A stretch of DNA of 63,020 nucleotides, counting the filler, from Octopus bimaculoides (Eukaryota): the NCBI RefSeq assembly GCF_001194135.2. It is 6 parts of 6 records of this genome, joined end to end, with 100 filler letters (N's around TTAATTAATTAA, not from the genome) between each part and the next. Parts side by side here need not be neighbours in the genome. Positions count along the whole stretch, not along the records: positions 1 to 24,042 come from NC_068995.1; positions 24,143 to 39,317 come from NC_068996.1; 4 more parts are not named here. The stretch is one strand, 5' to 3'. This document shows, piece by piece, positions 12,480-24,770 of this stretch. Made by a program: the position numbers and the translations under genes. Position 1 is the stretch's first letter; the number at the start of each line of letters is the position of its first letter. The notes beneath the pieces were generated by a model that made no database searches, was not told where the DNA came from, and saw nothing but the letters and a program-made list of their open reading frames with translations.

Positions 12480-14085
12480 AAAGAAGAGGAGGAACTAGAC
12501 TTGTAACAGAGTACAACTGGGAATTCCTGTGGGACAGCTTGCTGAGTGCCACAGACCAAATCTGTGGCTGGTAGAAAATCCTAACCAGAACTAGGGTGAT
12601 GTGGTGGTAGAACGATGCTGTAGACAAGACCATTAGAGCAAAGAAACAGGACTGGAAGAGTGGTGGTAGCAGGGAACTTATATCAGGTAGCTAGGAAGGA
12701 GGGTAGAAAACATGTATTTAGCCACAGAAGCAGAAAGGAGGAAGTTTACCAATGTTCTGCATTGTGAGGACCAGAGACTTGAAATGTTTCAGATTGCAAG
12801 ATAGTGTGTCAAAGAAAATTATGATGTGGTAAGAGAGAAATGTGTTTGCATGGATGATGGGTCACTGGCAGTTACTAACTGTTATGAGAGAATCCTGAAT
12901 ACCCCCATATGACTGAAGGTGGACTCATCAATTACAATAAATAAGAACAGAGTGAACTGTCAAGGAGTAGTTGATGGTGTTAGTTCAACTGTGTTGGGTT
13001 ACCGTGCTAGTTCAATGCATGTTAGTTTAACAGTCGGTAGTTGAACAGTGAGTACTGAGTATTGTGCCTACATTTGAGTAGTAAAGAGTGTTCTGTGTTA
13101 AAATATATGTCTGTGAGAGGTTATTTTTAGATAACCACAACCAACTATTTATTTGTGTAATACCATTTTAAACCAGATGTGTATAGCCACGTCATAACAG
13201 TAACTTTGCAAAGAAGGAGGCTTGGAAGTGCCATTATGAAAGACTACTAAATGTAGAGAACTCATAGGAGAAGGAGAGTCTGCTTAGTGTGGATCCAACA
13301 GAGGGACCAGCAATCTGAATAAACAGTAGCATGGTAGACAAAGCCTTGAAGGATATAAAGATGGGGATGACCACTTAGATGCTTAAAATATCTGGTGATG
13401 TGTACTCGGTGCAAGCTATGGACACATAAGAAGTGCAGCAATATCAGAGGAAGGTTAACTGGGAAAATAGTTTTGTGTGTGTGGAAGGTGCACAGGTACA
13501 ATTAACACTAAAAATGTACAGAAAATAGATTCCATCAAATGCTAGTGGGGTAAGCAAGAGGTAGTTGATAGCTTCTATTATCTAAGTTAGTAGCGGAGAT
13601 GGATGCTCTGAGAGTGCAGCTACAAGAATAAGAATAGGTAAAGTTCAGAGAGCTCCTACTTCTGTTGGTAACAAAGGGCTTCTCCCTCAGAGTAAAAGGC
13701 AAATTGTAAGATGACTGTGTACAAACAGTTATGCTACTTGGCAGTGAAACATGGGGTGTGGCCACAGAGGATATGTGTAGGCTTGAAAGAAATGCAGCTA
13801 GCATGCTTCGCTAAATATGCAATGTCAGTGTGCATGTACAACAGAGTGTGAGTGTCTTGGGTATAAGAGGTATCAGATGTGGTATGCAAGAGAGATGATG
13901 GCACTAGTATGGTCATGTGACACATATGGATGAGGAGAACTGTGTAAAGAAGTGCCGATCTCTAACTGTGGAGGGAACCTGTGAAAGAGGTAGACCTAGG
14001 AAGACATGAGATGAGGTGGTAAAGTATGATCTTAAAACATTGGGACTCACAGAGGCAATGACTAGTGACAGACTTTTAGTCATGA
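12480..14085 (+). mobile_element. Degenerate RTE-clade LINE (linker, deleted RT, C-terminus) interrupted by a solo LTR
   Basis: SATDQICGW, WW.NDAVDKTIRAKK, KEAWKCHYERLLNVE, VMLLGSETWG, YGHV.HMDEENCVKKC...RGRPRKT.DEVVK.DL. Confidence 0.85.
12880..13199. mobile_element. Solo LTR (320 bp) of an LTR retrotransposon
   Basis: Perfect inverted termini TGTTATGA (12880-12887)/TCATAACA (13192-13199); flanks CTAAC/GTAAC fit a 5-bp TSD with one mismatch; excision restores the RTE frame VTNFAKKEAWKCHYE. Confidence 0.85.
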
Positions 14086-14092
14086 CCAATGC

Positions 14093-14910
14093 CATCTACA
14101 CATACATATACGTATATGACGACTGACATGTGTGCATGTAGGTCTCTGTGTGTCTCTAAAATTCTTTGTCGCTCTGTCTGTCTGTTCCCTATGTATTTTC
14201 AAACAGCTTGATCAAATCATCTTTTACAAGGTAATAGTATTACACTGCCCCTGAGTGTCAACATGTAATTTTCTTTTTTCTTTTGATTTCAATAAAAACA
14301 ATATAACATTTTACAGAGATAATCTTTTTATAGTCAACTATAGCACAAAACATTTTATACAACGATGATGTCACATTTTGTATATGAGTGTATGTGTGTG
14401 AGTGCATGAGTGTGTATGTGTCTGTTTCCGTGTTAGGTACATTATTAAACACACACATCTACACATACATATACATATGTGACAACTGACATGCGTGAAT
14501 GTATGTCTGAGTGCGTCTCTCTCACTATATAGTACTACATCCTACAAATGTCAACATGTAATGTTTTTCATTTTGATTAGAACAATATAACATTTCATAG
14601 AGATTAATCATTCTATAGTCAACTATAGTCAACTATAGTACAGGACATTTTATATGAGTGTGTATGTGTCTGTATGTGAGTATGCGCATTCCACGTAGGA
14701 GATAGTAAAGGACGTTTTATATCACTACCAACCCCACCACGTCACATTTTGTATATGAGTATGCATGTGTCTGTGAGTATGTTTGTGTGTTTCCGTGTTA
14801 TGTAAGTTATTAAACACACACATCTACATATACATATGTGATGACTGCCTTGTATGAATGTATATCTGTGTCTCCCTTACTATTATATGAATGTGTATGT
14901 GTCTGTGAGT
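14093..14910. repeat. Diverged tandem duplication, ~364-bp period, about 2.2 units
   Basis: CATCTACA..TACATAT anchors at 14093, 14456 and 14821; shared blocks GTCAACATGTAAT, ATAGTCAACTATAG, GTCACATTTTGTATATGAG, TTTCCGTGTTA. Confidence 0.8.
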
Positions 14911-15421
14911 ATGTGTGTGGCTCAGTTTTTGTTTCTTATTCTACAGCCACATCAGCAATCCAATGTCAACCCTTCACTTTCTGCAACATTTCAACAGTTC
15001 ACTTCCCTGTTGCTGTCTCCCATTGTAGCCCATTTGCGGAATGTACCCATTTACATACAATATCTCCATTACATCCACATTCATTCGACTGTCAACCATA
15101 AAAGGCTTTGTATTAAATGCAGCGCCGACTGCAGCAAAGGAGAGTATACCCACTGGCAGCGTTTTGGTGTGTTCAAAAATCACTTACCCCACCAAGCCCA
15201 ATTTTCCATGACAGGTTAGGGCCTGGATTCCTCCAAACAGACACATGACATGTTCCTAAGTTGAATTAGCCCAATGTTTTGTTATCAATGTTTCACTTTC
15301 CCATATCACCTGCTTCAACATAACTGTAATATATATACAAACTATGTCATTTTAATCCCAAGCAATGCTGGATATCTCTGGTAGTATATATATATATATA
15401 TATATAAAAAAACCCAAAAAA

Positions 15422-15730
15422 ACTGGCACTCCATCACTTATGACGATGAGGGTTCCAGCTGATCTGATCAATGGAACAGTTTGCTCGTGAGATGAACATG
15501 CAAGTGGCTGAGTACTCCATGGACATGCCATACCCCTTCACATTCAGCGTGACACAGAGTGCGACAAGGCTGGCCCCTTGAAATACAGATACTACTCATT
15601 TTTGTCAACTGAGTGGACTGGAGCACCGTAAAATAGAATGTCTTACTCAAGGACACAACGTGCTGTCAGGAATCGAACTCATGACCCTGTGATCACGAGC
15701 CGAATACCCTAACCACTAAGCCATGTGCCT
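15422..15730 (-). mobile_element. tRNA-derived SINE, near full length
   Basis: Minus-strand head AGGCACATGGCTTAGTGGTTAGG (A box) ... GAGTTCGATTCC (B box), followed by GTGTCCTTGAGTAAGACA, similar to the start of the CORE domain. Confidence 0.85.
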
Positions 15731-16479
15731 TTATATATATATAAAATGTATATGTGCAATCCAAATATAAAGACACAGAAAGGCTTTAACACATCTTTAA
15801 TGATCAGTTACAATTGTTTCTGTACCAACTCTGCTTTCATTGCTAGTTCATGCAAAAGATCAAAGAGAAAATTTATATAATATTTGTGGTTTTAAACATT
15901 AGAGTATCACTTCCTCAGACCTGCATCAAAGCTATGGTCTTACATTATGTATCTCACAGGTTTTGTATCTTGCTTATGAGGAAACAAAAGTAAATAAATA
16001 TGAAAATGTAAATAGACTGTGAAAAAATGGACAGGGAGATTACAGTATCAATACCAAAGTAGATGAAAGTACGGTTAGGGAATGAAGAAGCAGGAGAAGA
16101 TGAGAGAGAAGGACAAGAACAAGAAAAAGTAGAGGAAGTAAAGGGAGAAGAATGAGAAAGTGATAACAAATAGTTGGTAGGAAGAAAAAGGGTGATGTGG
16201 ACAATAACAAGTGATTCAACTGTTATAATCTTGTTTCTATTCCATTATTCATTGCGGATCTCTACTTCTGGTCTTCATTTACTTCTGTATCACTTCCTTC
16301 CACAGTATATAAATTTCCTAACGCAAGTTGCCTTGCTCTTAACATTGAATAAAACCCTCGGTTGTTGCATCTTCTTATTCAATATGATTTTATTCAATCT
16401 TAAGAATGGTAATGGAGTCAAAAGTCTTCCAGTAAACACTTCTTGACAAGTCATCTGAAGATTACAATTATTGGTGAAA

Positions 16480-18760
16480 AATGTTACACATGCACATCAA
16501 GCAAGCAAAAATACCCACTGAATTGCATTTAGCCATACTTCTACTTCTCTACAGTGCTAAAGCTTACCAAGTTGTTGAAGAGTGTAACTCATTCCAGGAA
16601 GTGCTCAATCTCCTCAATAAAAGTTTAGCAAGAAAACCTCTTCTATTAAAGCTCAACACAGACTATGTAACAACAACTTAAGCAGAAGACCAATCGATAG
16701 AAAGCTTTCTGTTAGACCTGAAAAATCTTGCTAGAAAGTATCGTATAAATCTCTAAGTATAGAACAACACCGTGACTTATTAATTTGCAACACTTTCATC
16801 TCAGGAATAAATTCATTGACCATTTGTCAATGGTGACTTGAGTCTACTGCAGATGACCTAGAATCATTGGTAAAATTAGCTTTAACAATAGAATTGGTCA
16901 ACGAGAAAGCAAAGAACTTGTCAAGAATGAATCCATCATGCCCTCCAGTTCAGGCAGCTTCAGGAAAATGATCCTGCTATTGGTGTGGTGGGTCTATTCA
17001 TTCAAAATCAACATGTACAGCCAGGAACTCTACCTTCCACTGGAAAGGACCCCGAGGAGCCATTTGTATGACAAAGAAACCAACTTCTTCCAAACGGAAG
17101 GTTGCCATGATCAGAACAGAATGTAATGTACATCCTAAAAATGATTCAACCAACAATAATTTGCTTCAATTTTTCAGCTAGCCACCACTGAAGATCAAAC
17201 AAAACTCATTGAGGTTAGAATAAATGATCAAACAACACAGGCTCTACTGAATACTAGATCAGGCAGGACCTTTATTTAACTGGATCTGGCCAAAGAATTT
17301 GAGTTTCCTTTAACAATGTCAAAACAGCATATCCTTTTAGCCCACAACAGGCAATTTAAGGTCAATGGAACATGCTTAGTCACATTAAAGTGGGATGGAT
17401 GTTATTACAAAGCAAGAGTGTATTCCGTTGGGTCACTCATAGCGCCTATTGTAATAGTGATGGACATTTTAAGATCGTACAAAGTGCTAATGCTAAATCT
17501 AGATGGTAATAAGGAGCTGATTTCTATTTCTGTTCTGTTCTTCTTAAGGAATTAAGTTGCTGATGTTTAAGTCTGCTACCTGGTATTGATACATCCAAAT
17601 TAACATCAATTGTCATGAAATCACAAAGAACTCACTGTTATAGAGAGCTCATCAAAAGTGAAATCAAAAGCATGTTAAAAGATGGAAGTAGAAGCATGTG
17701 GCACATGCAGTCATTCATTGTATCAAGAGGGTTAAGGCTAGAAGTTGATTATTCCAACACCATAAATTGCTTTAGTCCTATTGATGCTTATCCCACAGCT
17801 TACACATATGATTGTCTTGAAAGAATTACATCTACTATCGACTTGAAAGAAGCCTACCATCAAATTTCATTGTGTGAAGCGGATTTTCATTTGACGGCTT
17901 TTGGAGTCTGTAACAATCTGTTCAAATTTACTCACCTACCACTTGGGTGCACCAATGCCGTTGCCATCTTTCAACGCATTATGGATTCATTCATTCATGA
18001 TAATTCTCTTCAAAAGACTTCTTGTTACATTAATGACATCATTGGAAACAAAGAAAAGGGAGAACATGACTAATTTGGCCATGGAACTCGTAAAGGATAT
18101 GCCACTTGGAACTGTGAGGTTGCTACATTATTGGACAGCCAAGAATTTATCCTTTCAGCAAACGAGGTAAAAAAACTTACCCATCACTGTAGGATCTGCT
18201 GCAAACTTAAGCCAAAATTCCCTCGACCACATCAAAAATCTGTCATACATGCCACCTGAGTCTGGGAACAATATCTATTGATTTTGTTGGACCTATGGCC
18301 AAATCCTCCAGTTTTTCTCATCTTTTAATGAGTGTGAATGAATATTTGCATTTCCTCCTTGCTTTTCCGTGTAAGGAAATATCCAGTGAGGTGGTCATTG
18401 AGAAGCTAACTGGGCTTTTTTCCTTATTTGGAAGCCCTAATGCAGTTCACTCAGACAGGGGTGCTCAATTTGAATCAGCAAAGTTCAGAGGTTTTCTATT
18501 GGAGAATGGTGTAACCAAGACCAGAACCACTCCATATAATCTACAAGGGAATGGCCAATGTGAGTGGATGAATGCTGCTATATGTGAGTCTGAGAGACTG
18601 AGTAGATGATTGGCCTCAGCTTCCATCAGAGCTCTTTTATGCACAGCAACCAATGAAATGTCTCATGAAAGAAGGTTTACTTTTCATAGAGCCTCTAAAT
18701 TCAGGCTTGACCTGCTGTCATTCTTAACTAAAATTCATTCAACAGATTTACATTGAAACC
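16480..18760 (+). mobile_element. Degenerate Ty3/Gypsy internal region (gag, protease, RT, integrase; RNase H missing)
   Basis: Zn knuckle CYWCGGSIHSKSTC (~16975); protease-like ALLNTRSGRTFI; RT IDLKEAYHQI..TAF..FKFTHLPLGCTNAVAIFQR..YINDII; integrase IDFVGP..HSDRGAQFES..TTPYNLQGNGQCE. No flanking LTRs found. Confidence 0.9.
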
Positions 18761-18908
18761 ATCTAGCTTTAAAAAGCAATTCACCTACTCTCTTATCCAA
18801 TTTCTCATGGGTACAATTTAACAATGACTACATCACTACAGATTCAACTTGTGATCTGGCTTGCTATCCCACAGATTCATCATCAGTAAAAGTTATCAAC
18901 TGTTCTCA

Positions 18909-19705
18909 GATGGAAACTATTGACAATCTACAGAGTATTCCATCCCAGAGTGACACTGATAGGTTGTACTTGTCTAGAAGAAAGGGTGGGAGAAGTTTGA
19001 TCTGTTGTCAGGATTGTGTTGAAGCAGAGGAAGAGTGAGCATGAAATAATTAGTCTGGTTTCCACAGTACAGATATTCAGTAAGGATATAAGGATGGAAT
19101 TTGGGATTAAAAAGTGTGGTATGCTTACCATAAGAAAAAGCAAAGTAGTGTCAACTGATGGTATAGAACTACCCAGTGGTAGTTCAACAAGAGAATCAAG
19201 AATGTTGAGATGGATGGATATAAGTATCTGGGTATTCTGGAGTATGACAAAATCAAGGAGAGTGAGTTGAAGGAAAGCTTTAGGAAAGAATACCTAAGAA
19301 GAACCAAATTAATTATGGAAAGTAGATTCAATGGGAAGAACAAGATCAGGACAATGACTACATAGAGGTTGTTTCTTTAATGTAATAAAGTGCAGGTGTT
19401 GTTAGGTGGACAAAGAACGGGCTTAAGAAAGTGGATAGAAAAAGCAGGGAAGTGAGCAATATTGATAGACCATGTGTACCAAAGAACAAGGGAGGAAGAG
19501 GCCTCATAGGATGCAACATCTATGTTATCAACAAGAAAAATAGTCTGGGATGGTACATCAAACAGCAGAATGAACCCTTGTTTACTGCTGTTAGAAATAG
19601 CAACACAATACCTCCTGAAAATGTAACACACCCTAAAACATTTAAAAAACAAGATGAAGAGCAAAGAATAAACAACCAGAAAATGAAAACAATGCATAAG
19701 TAATA
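18909..19705 (+). mobile_element. R4/Dong-clade non-LTR RT C-terminal fragments (two overlapping pieces)
   Basis: KLLTIYRVFHP/SDTDRLYLSRRKGGRSLICCQDCVEAE, then LVSTVQIFSKDIRMEFGIKKC..GYKYLGILE..EYLRR..NGKNKI..GGRGLIG. Confidence 0.8.
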
Positions 19706-19740
19706 CCCCCAAATAAATCAAAGGGGAAGACAAAACCAAT

Positions 19741-20626
19741 ACCATTTAATTAAAATATTATATTATATATTCCATCAATATTACAACTACTAACCATTTC
19801 TAATGCTTATCATCAATGATTATATATTTAATGGTAGTTTTTAAGAGTCCATTTATATGCATGAACAAATGAAAACCCAGTCTCTATTTTAGCATTTAAG
19901 AGACATCTCCTAGAATATAAGATCAAAAATAATTCTTCTAGACAGAGAAAGCAAAAGGAGTTTCCAAGCTTATAAGCAGTTGCCTTGCTTATAATCTTCC
20001 ACTCCACAGAAAATTTTTTTCTTGTCTTTCAAGTCTCAAACAGATTTACTGAGGCTGGTAGAAGACCTGTTCCTATTATTAAAGGTGTGAATATGGTTAA
20101 AGACGCATTTCTTAACAAAATTTTGTGTAGCCCCTGTGTAGAAGAAACTTTTACCCTCATATATCACTTTACATCTGTAAACAACATTCTTTTGTTTACA
20201 ATACTTTTTAAATAAACATTTATTTCTAACCCTGCAATCACAAAGTTTTTTCATTAGTACTCATATTATTATTCTGTTTCACATCATTACATTCAGTATA
20301 ATTGCTACTTGACATTTTATCTACATTCAAAACAAAGAAATACATTGGTTCTCATGTTTTGTATATCATTTTTTCAATGATAAGCCTGCTTATAAGCCTA
20401 GAAGCTCTTTTTGCTTTCTCTGTCTAGAAGAATTATTTTTGATCTTATATTCTAGGAGACATCTCTTAAAATGTTAAAATGGACTCTTAAAAACTACTAT
20501 AAAATATATGATCATCATTGATGATAAGCATTAAAAAATGGTTAGTAGTTGTAATATTGATGAAATATATATGATATAGTATAATATAATATAATTTAAT
20601 ATAATATGATATTTTAATTAAATGGT
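19741..20626 (-). mobile_element. PLE 3' fragment (GIY-YIG plus terminal repeat) with an inverted copy of the terminal repeat
   Basis: ORF 20036-20254(-) LCDCRVRNKCLFKKYCKQKNVVYRC..YTGAT..NH..STSLSK continues after a frameshift as WKIISKATAY..CFLCLEE..LLN. Arms 19741-19979 and 20386-20626 are inverted copies with indels. Confidence 0.88.
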
Positions 20627-23291
20627 GTACATGAATGTTATGTCTTCTATACGTGGCGTGTTTCTCATAAAGATATCGCTGAAATTCTTATAATAATTTA
20701 TAAAACTAAATTTGAAATAAAACATATTATCTTAATAGTAATTACAACTTTAGTGTACTTTTAATATAAATTATTTATATACAGTATCTGGTAATGTGTA
20801 GGTTTTGCTTTTGTTTACAATGTTTATATTGACCATAGATTATGCACAAATATTGATGACGCAACACCATTATATGGTAATTAACTAGCAGTTTCGATAC
20901 GTCATATTTTTTGTAGTCTTCAGTATTTTAACAAATGCATGCACAACTGCTTGATGAATGTTACCTCTCTCTCCCTACCCATCTTTTTCTCTCTTGCTCT
21001 CTCTCTCTCTCTCCCCGTAACATCTTTTTCACCCTAACAACAACACCACCACCAATAAAAACTATGTATTACATATGCACATGCACAAATATATCAAACA
21101 TATTTGTTTATATGTATATATATATGAAAAGAATGTTTTTTTAAAACAATGCACACATCTGAGTCTGCCATAGGTTAATCAACAAGTTGAAATGTAACCA
21201 ATTTCAATATGAAAATTTAAATTAAATTAATTTCATTTCTGTAATTGAATTAATTGGAAATGGAAACGTCTGTAGCACTGGAATTTCATTATATTGATTT
21301 AAATATCTTTAAATAAAGTGATGTCTGCATGTCAATTTCTCCATTTTCTTACTTGTATATATGTATAATATAGGACAATCAGTAAGTTGTCATTATAGTA
21401 CTTGGTGTTTTGAATGCTGGAATGAAGAGCTATGATGCACTCTCATCAGCTTTTAATGGCAATAGATGCTATGAAAAACCATTGAGTAAAAGAGAAGTTA
21501 CTCTAATAGGTAGAAAAAAAGGAAAAAGATAAAACATAAAAAATACATGCAACCATATTCTCACAAAACCTCCTGCGTTCACAATGTCTACATATGTACA
21601 CACTCACACAAACATGTATATGTACATGCACATACACACACAAACATGTGCATAAACATACTCATACATACACACAACCACACACACAAGCATACATGTA
21701 TATATGTATGTATATGTGCACACAACTTCCTCCTCATATACACATATAGAAGACATGTCTTCTATATGCGGCAGTGTGTTGGTATATTTCTTTCACATAT
21801 ATGTATGCAAATATATATGCATATGTGTGTCTATACATGAGTCTGTATATGTATGTGTCTATAGGTCTGTGTACATGTATAGATGTTTGGGTGTGTATCT
21901 GTGCGATGGTGTGTATATAGTTATTGGTACAGTATATGTATATGTGAGTACATGTGTTTGAGTGTTTCTCTGTATGTATACATGCATTAATGTGTATCTA
22001 CAGATGCATGTATCCAAGTGTATAATATGTATATGTACATATGTGAGTGTGAGAGTGTATGTGAGTGTGTTACATCACCTGACAAGGCTCCCTGCACTGT
22101 GCGATGCATCTGATGTCATTACATCATTCCCCACCCACCAGGGAGCAGTGCAGAAGGCAGCTGAAACAATTGTTGTGCTAAATAAAGCTTCTAGTTACAT
22201 TCCATCTTCCATATCAATCATTTAAAATATACCCAACATGCACCTAGGAATTCCTGACATAGAAAGCAATGAAAGTGCTGTAACGTGAATGATGCCTGAT
22301 AGCCGTAAGTGGTGAACATGCTCTGAAGGCACACTACCACCCAAAACAAGGCTTGGATACTGCATTTTAATGTCTCCTTTCTAAACCTTAATTTAACCTA
22401 TACACACAGATATATGTAGGTGGTTGTCTATGTGCATCTGTACATGTACACCTATATATTATTTAATCATTTACTCATATTTCATATTCTAAAATTCATA
22501 TTTTCATTTAGTTTGCTTAAATTTCTTATTCATTTATAAAGAATTAGAATTTTATTGCATCACTAACATTTTAATTTTTGCTAATTCTTAATTCTTATTT
22601 TTTAAATTAAAGAAATAAACTTTATATTTAAAATTTTTTTAATTCATCCTTTCATTTTTAACTCCTTAACTTCAGTACTAGTATATTTTCATCATTGGTA
22701 CCTCAACATTAACCACTGGCATCGATCTTTTATAACTTTTCTACTTCTCACTAAATCTCTTTCACTCTATTTTTCATTTCTTATTATTACACTCTATTTC
22801 AGAGTAGAATTGTGTACTTTCACAGGAATCACCAGGAAGAGTTCTGGTTAGCTTCATTACCATTCCTCTCACTTTACTCATGTGGTTTATTGCCTGTGTC
22901 CATTGTACTTCCCTGACCACCCACAACGCTATCTTCCTTTAGACATCATCTGCTTTTACTGTAGTGGCTATTACTAATATTTTTTTTAGTTTTGTTAGTC
23001 TTGTTTACATGCAAAGCCCTCACACACACACCTTTGTTTTGTCCTATGCAGTCCATATTTTTCTTACTGAATGTAAACCCTTGTGGTTAATAAAGAAATC
23101 ATTATTATTATCATCTTTTATATTATTGTTATTATTATTATCATTTTTAATATTAGTACTATTATCTTGATTACAGTTATTAGTAGTAGTAGCATTGTTG
23201 CTATTGTTATAATCATTTTCTTCTTATTGCTGTGTTCATCATTGTTATTGTTTTTAATATTATCCTCCTGTTTCTTATTTTTTTAATTTTA

Positions 23292-24042
23292 TCACAAAAT
23301 ACAGTTGTACACCAAAATTACTACTCACCTGAGCATTGTAATTTGATACTGGCAATTGTGGGATCACTAGTTATTGTCTACATCACACTTCTTCATCCTC
23401 TCAACTATACTGATACCTTGCAGTTCAAGTTTAATTCATTTAATGACTAAGGTCGTTTTACAATTTACTCATTTTACAAATTAAATTTCCCCATTGAAAT
23501 AAACTAAAATATGATTCATCTGTTCCAGTCCCAAAAATAATTTTTTTACGGGTTTTAAAACAGGAAAGGTGTAGTTACAAGTAAAATGACAGTTATGAAA
23601 AAGAGAATGCAAAAGAAATATGTAAACTGGTTTTATTAACAGAATTGCCTTAAAGATAGGATGATTTGTGCACGAAGAAGATGATAGAGTGGGGAGGAGG
23701 AGGATTACTGTTTGGAAGGAGATTCTCCTTCCATTAAGAACAATTTCTGGCATTTTCTCTCTCACTTCGCTTAATTTAGGCTTTTTGGACACACTCTCTT
23801 CACTTTTTACACTTGCNNNNNNNNNNATCACAAAATACAGTTGTACACCAAAATTACTACTCACCTGAGCATTGTAATTTGATACTGGCAATTGTGGGAT
23901 CACTAGTTATTGTCTACATCACACTTCTTCATCCTCTCAACTATACTGATACCTTGCAGTTCAAGTTTAATTCATTTAATGACTAAGGTCGTTTTACAAT
24001 TTACTCATTTTACAAATTAAATTTCCCCATTGAAATAAACTA
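23292..24042. other. Exact ~215-bp duplication abutting N gaps (probable assembly artefact)
   Basis: The sequence starting ATCACAAAATACAGTTG near 23292 recurs identically at 23827-24042, bounded by Ns on both sides. Confidence 0.8.
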
Positions 24043-24142
24043 NNNNNNNNNNNNNNNNNNNNNNNNNNNNNNNNNNNNNNNNNNNNTTAATTAATTAANN
24101 NNNNNNNNNNNNNNNNNNNNNNNNNNNNNNNNNNNNNNNNNN
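24043..24142. other. Artificial scaffold spacer N44-TTAATTAATTAA-N44
   Basis: Identical 100-bp cassettes at 24043-24142, 39318-39417, 54441-54540, 56369-56468 and 58233-58332; the 12-mer has stops in all six frames. Confidence 0.95.
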
Positions 24143-24232
24143 CCTAGCTCTTATTAACCTCAATACAACAAGCAATAAAACGAGAAGTAGATTTTAATTG
24201 ACGTGTGTATGTGTGAGAGCGTGTGTGTGTTT

Positions 24233-24454
24233 GATGATGTGTGTGTGTGTGTGTTATTCTCCTTAATTTTATCAACTTAATCACAGTCTACTTCAACGAA
24301 ATCCTATATCTGCTTTGTGCATAGGAAAATGTGTATTCTTCTGAAAGTTAAAGGACACTCATCTTGTACTTCATATGTTATCTCTCCCTCTCCCTCTCTC
24401 TTTCTTTCTCTCCCTTGTTCTGCCTGTCTCTTTGCGTGTGTGTGNNNNNNNNNN

Positions 24455-24498
<44 letters not shown>

Positions 24499-24770
24499 AT
24501 ATACTGACGTCCCCCTCCGTAAATCTTCACTCGCGATATGATGATGATGATGATGATGATGATGTGTGTGTGTGTGTGTTATTCTCCTTAATTTTATCAA
24601 CTTAATCACAGTCTACTTCAACGAAATCCTATATCTGCTTTGTGCATAGGAAAATGTGTATTCTTCTGAAAGTTAAAGGACACTCATCTTGTACTTCATA
24701 TGTTATCTCTCCCTCTCCCTCTCTCTTTCTTTCTCTCCCTTGTTCTGCCTGTCTCTTTGCGTGTGTGTGT
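24233..24770. other. Exact ~210-bp duplication across a 10-N gap (probable assembly artefact)
   Basis: ~24233-24444 and ~24556-24770 appear identical and the first copy ends at Ns. Confidence 0.75.

Noticed and set aside
15805-15855. GAAACAATTGTA on the minus strand as an HHR
   Set aside because: No CUGANGA box or matching stem I upstream.
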